A stretch of 64,000 bases of DNA from Microcystis wesenbergii Mw_QC_B_20070930_S4 (GTDB lineage Bacteria; Cyanobacteriota; Cyanobacteriia; Cyanobacteriales; Microcystaceae), in the NCBI GenBank assembly GCA_007096525.1, contig SFAQ01000031.1, positions 15,666 to 79,665 of the forward strand. Direction: 5' to 3'. The notes under the pieces were generated by a model, which ran no database searches, had not been told where the DNA came from, and saw only the letters and a program-made list of their open reading frames with translations. Position 1 is the first letter of the stretch. Each line of letters starts with the position of its first letter. A program made the translations under genes and the position numbers. Shown here one piece after another: positions 60,733 through 64,000 of this stretch.

Positions 60733-61779
60733 GTCAATATTCTCGTTTTCAAGGTTTAATTGGGCAATAGCTCCATCAATTAAATCACAGCCCTCCCCCA
60801 GGGATTCGATCCGCGAAAACCGATCGCGCCAAACCGCCGCACCGGTAAAATCCTGACAATACCAAGCCAGATGTTTCCGCGCCTGCCAGATACCGCGTTG
60901 TCCCTTGTATAGCCATAGCCCCTGTAAATGCTCTTTAGCTAGGCTTAACAGGTCAATAGAGGTGGGTTTCGGCAACTTTTTGCCTGTTTTGAGGTAATAA
61001 TCGATTTCCCCCACCAAATAGGGATAACCGAGGGTTCCCCGCGAACACATCACCCCATCGGCCTGGGTAAATTCCAAACAATTAATCGCCGCTTCCACAG
61101 AAACAATATCACCATTAGCGATGACAGGAATCGATAAAACCTCCTTCACCCGTTTAATCCATTGCCAATCGGCCGGCCCGTGATAACCCTGTTCCCTAGT
61201 GCGTGCGTGCAGGGTCAACATTTGCGCTCCCGCATCTTCCAAACGACGGGCAAAATCGATAATATTAATCTCTTGATCGTTCCATCCCAAGCGAGTTTTC
61301 ACCGTTACCGGCACCGATACCGCTCCCACCACTTCCCTAACAATTTGCTCGGCAATTTCTGGCTGTCGTAAAAGGGAAGAACCGCCGCCTTTTTTAGTAA
61401 TTTTATTAACAGGACAACCCATATTAATATCGATGGTCATCGCTCCTTCTTTAACCGCTTTTTCCGCTGCCACAGCCATAAAATCGGGACGGCAATCAAA
61501 TAATTGCATACTAATTGGTTGTTCCTTGTCCCCGATAACCATCAATTGCGGTAACTCTTGCAGCTGGGAGATTTCTGTCGCATTAACCATCTCCGTATAG
61601 AGCATGGAATCAGGAGCAAAACGTCTCACCAAGCGCCGAAAAACTAAATCGGTGACACCGGATAAAGGTGATTGCAAGACGCGGCTATGCACTGCTAAGT
61701 TACCGATTTTGAGAGGGGATGAGTAGATAGCCATAGGACCGGTTAAAAAATCAACAGCCAACACCAGCAAACCGAACAA
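60727..61779 (-). CDS. dusB: tRNA-dihydrouridine synthase
   Basis: SPLSGVTD, DINMGCP, GGGSSLL, TVKTRLG, LHART, IANGDI. Confidence 0.9.
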   Translation of the reverse strand: MFGLLVLAVDFLTGPMAIYSSPLKIGNLAVHSRVLQSPLSGVTDLVFRRLVRRFAPDSMLYTEMVNATEISQLQELPQLMVIGDKEQPISMQLFDCRPDFMAVAAEKAVKEGAMTIDINMGCPVNKITKKGGGSSLLRQPEIAEQIVREVVGAVSVPVTVKTRLGWNDQEINIIDFARRLEDAGAQMLTLHARTREQGYHGPADWQWIKRVKEVLSIPVIANGDIVSVEAAINCLEFTQADGVMCSRGTLGYPYLVGEIDYYLKTGKKLPKPTSIDLLSLAKEHLQGLWLYKGQRGIWQARKHLAWYCQDFTGAAVWRDRFSRIESLGEGCDLIDGAIAQLNLENENIDR

Positions 61780-61934
61780 TTAGGGGATAGTTCAGTCACT
61801 GTTAACATTTTGCCAACCCCATAATATATGCTTAACCGTCAACTTCTAGCCTAAAACTACCTGTATGATGATTGGAGAGGATAGAATCTTATCTCTCCTA
61901 AACGAGCAATTAAACCAAAATTTCGCTTTTTTTT

Positions 61935-63509
61935 ATGGATAATCTGCAACTCTGGCAACGTTACCAAGATTGGTTATACTATCACCCTAACCTAGAACTT
62001 TATCTCGATGTCAGTCGGATTCCCTTCGATGAGGCTTTTCTCAAAGGTCTAGAAGCAAAATTTGAGCGTGCTTTCCAAGATATGGCAGCTTTAGAACAGG
62101 GTGCGATCGCCAATCCCGACGAACAGCGTATGGTCGGCCACTACTGGCTGCGCGCTCCTGAACTCGCTCCTAACCAGGAATTGCAGGCCGAAATCACCGA
62201 ACCCATAGCACAGATTAAAGAATTTGTCAAGAAAATTCACTCCGGAGCGATTAAACCGCCTGATCAAGAAAAATTTAGCCATATTCTCTGTGTAGGCATC
62301 GGGGGGTCTGCTTTGGGTCCCCAATTCGTCGGTTCGGCTCTATCCCCCCTTAATCCCCCCTTAGAGATTGCTTTTATTGATAATACCGACCCGAAAGGCA
62401 TCGATCGCACCTTAGCCCATTTACCCCTAGCTACCACCCTCGTTATCGTCACCAGTAAATCCGGCGGCACTCCCGAAGCGAGAAATGGAATGTTAGAAGT
62501 CCGCAACGCTTACGAAAAACAGGATTTAGACTTTCCCCAACACGCGGTCGCCGTCACTATGCCGGGTAGCCAACTGGACAAATACGCCCAAGATTGGCTA
62601 ACTCGTTTCCCCATGCAGGATTGGGTCGGTGGTCGTACATCAGAACTATCCGCCGTCGGTCTTCTCCCAGCCGCTTTGCAGGGTATCGACATTGATGAAA
62701 TGTTAGCTGGGGCCAAAGAAATGGACATCGCCACCCGCGTCCATAACCTGAAAAAAAATCCTAGCGCCCTACTGGCTCTAGCTTGGTATCATGAGGGCAA
62801 TGGCAAGGGAGAGAAAGATATGGTTATTCTGCCCTACAAAGACAGCCTCTATCTCTTTAGCCGCTATCTGCAACAATTGGTCATGGAGTCCCTGGGTAAA
62901 GAAAAAGACCTCGATGGTAAGGCGGTGTACCAAGGTATCGCCGTCTATGGTAACAAAGGTTCCACGGACCAACACGCCTACGTCCAACAATTACGCGAAG
63001 GGATTCCCAATTTCTTCGCCACTTTTATTGAAGTGTTAAAAGACCGACAAGGAGATTCCATGGAAGTGGAAACCGGCTCCACTGCTGGTGATTTCCTCTC
63101 AGGATTACTGCAAGGTACTCGACAAGCTTTATACGAAAATAGTCGTCACTCTATCACTATCACTATCCCAGAGGTTACTCCCCGTCAGGTGGGGGCCTTG
63201 ATCGCCCTCTACGAACGGGCCGTTAGTTTCTATGCTAGTTTAGTTAACATTAACGCCTACCATCAACCCGGGGTAGAAGCAGGGAAAAAAGCCGCCGCTT
63301 CTATTCTGGATTTACAAAGAAAAATCGTGCAAGTTGTTCGGGAAACGGGAACTTCTCTCGACCTAATCACTCTAGCGGCCAAAATCGGTGCTAGTGACCA
63401 AGTTGAAGCTATCTATAAAATCGTCCGTCATCTCCACGCTAATCAGCGCAGTTTAACTATTACCGGCGATTTAAGCAAACCGGAAACGATCCAAATCTCT
63501 ACCCGCTAA
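61935..63509 (+). CDS. pgi: Glucose-6-phosphate isomerase
   Basis: [41 protein letters not shown]. Confidence 0.96.
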   Translation: MDNLQLWQRYQDWLYYHPNLELYLDVSRIPFDEAFLKGLEAKFERAFQDMAALEQGAIANPDEQRMVGHYWLRAPELAPNQELQAEITEPIAQIKEFVKKIHSGAIKPPDQEKFSHILCVGIGGSALGPQFVGSALSPLNPPLEIAFIDNTDPKGIDRTLAHLPLATTLVIVTSKSGGTPEARNGMLEVRNAYEKQDLDFPQHAVAVTMPGSQLDKYAQDWLTRFPMQDWVGGRTSELSAVGLLPAALQGIDIDEMLAGAKEMDIATRVHNLKKNPSALLALAWYHEGNGKGEKDMVILPYKDSLYLFSRYLQQLVMESLGKEKDLDGKAVYQGIAVYGNKGSTDQHAYVQQLREGIPNFFATFIEVLKDRQGDSMEVETGSTAGDFLSGLLQGTRQALYENSRHSITITIPEVTPRQVGALIALYERAVSFYASLVNINAYHQPGVEAGKKAAASILDLQRKIVQVVRETGTSLDLITLAAKIGASDQVEAIYKIVRHLHANQRSLTITGDLSKPETIQISTR

Positions 63510-63570
63510 TCAGTTATCAGTTATCAGTTATCAGTTATCAGTTATCAGTTATCAGTTATCAGTTATCAGA
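63508..63570. repeat. TCAGTTA heptamer repeat (about 8 units); ACTGTTT/ACTGATT-type repeats follow to ~63700
   Basis: Read directly after the pgi stop. Confidence 0.9.
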
Positions 63571-63711
63571 TGTAAGTTAATTAGTTAATTAGTTATTTAT
63601 TTATCTTCATCTTTATCCCTGATAACTGTTTACTGTTTACTTTTCACTGATTACTGTTTACTTTTCACTGATTACTGTTTACTGATCACTGATCACTGAA
63701 TGTAACTAACC

Positions 63712-64000
63712 ATGGAAATGCTCGAAAACCTGAAAATGGCTTTTTCCGCTTTGATGGCCAATAAACTGCGTAGTGGTCTAACCATGCTGGGAATTGCTAT
63801 CGGTAACGCCTCCGTCATTGCGCCCTGGAGCAGTTTGAAGCCCTCGGTCCGAATGTTTTATTTGTTTCCACCTCCTCGCGCAATGTCCGCCGGACAATTC
63901 CCAATCCCCGGCCTCTCACCTACGAAGATGCTCAAGCGATCGCATCTCAAGTTCCCGCCATTGCCGCCATTTCTCCCGAATTGAGCGGTAAAAGAATCTT
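63712..64000 (+). pseudogene. MacB/FtsX-type ABC permease, frameshifted near 63821; runs off the window end
   Basis: MLENLKMA..RSGLTMLGIAIGNASVIA continues in another frame as ALEQFEALGPNVLFV..TYEDAQAIASQVP. Confidence 0.78.

Overview
64 kb of cyanobacterial chromosome, very likely Microcystis: abundant HIP1 GCGATCGC, 7-mer tandem repeats (TCAGTTA, CCCCACA) and many short TIR elements. The core genes are prlC (partial), a cph1-rcp1-hybrid kinase operon, chlH, lpxC/bamA, nrtABCD with an NtcB+NtcA promoter, a thiO-thiG fusion, tolC, ggt, lpxD, cofG, tRNA-His, dusB and pgi. The accessory content is the most interesting part. (1) A toxin-antitoxin hotspot at the 3' end of dusB (58.6-60.8 kb) has a structurally canonical integron attC site with no integrase in the window, a 70-bp duplication of the dusB 3' end, a collapsed attC and a collapsed second vapBC copy. 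(2) An exact 36-bp repeat / 48-bp foreign-looking spacer / 36-bp repeat sits inside the vapB-like antitoxin and resembles an ectopic CRISPR spacer-integration scar. (3) An AT-rich three-gene operon of unknown function lies behind chlH (a 2-TM coiled-coil protein plus two tandem paralogous beta-rich proteins), followed by a HicB pseudogene. There are also unlisted small ORFs and relics, a TnpB fragment and a frameshifted ABC permease. Protein family calls come from motif recognition and recall only; no searches were run.
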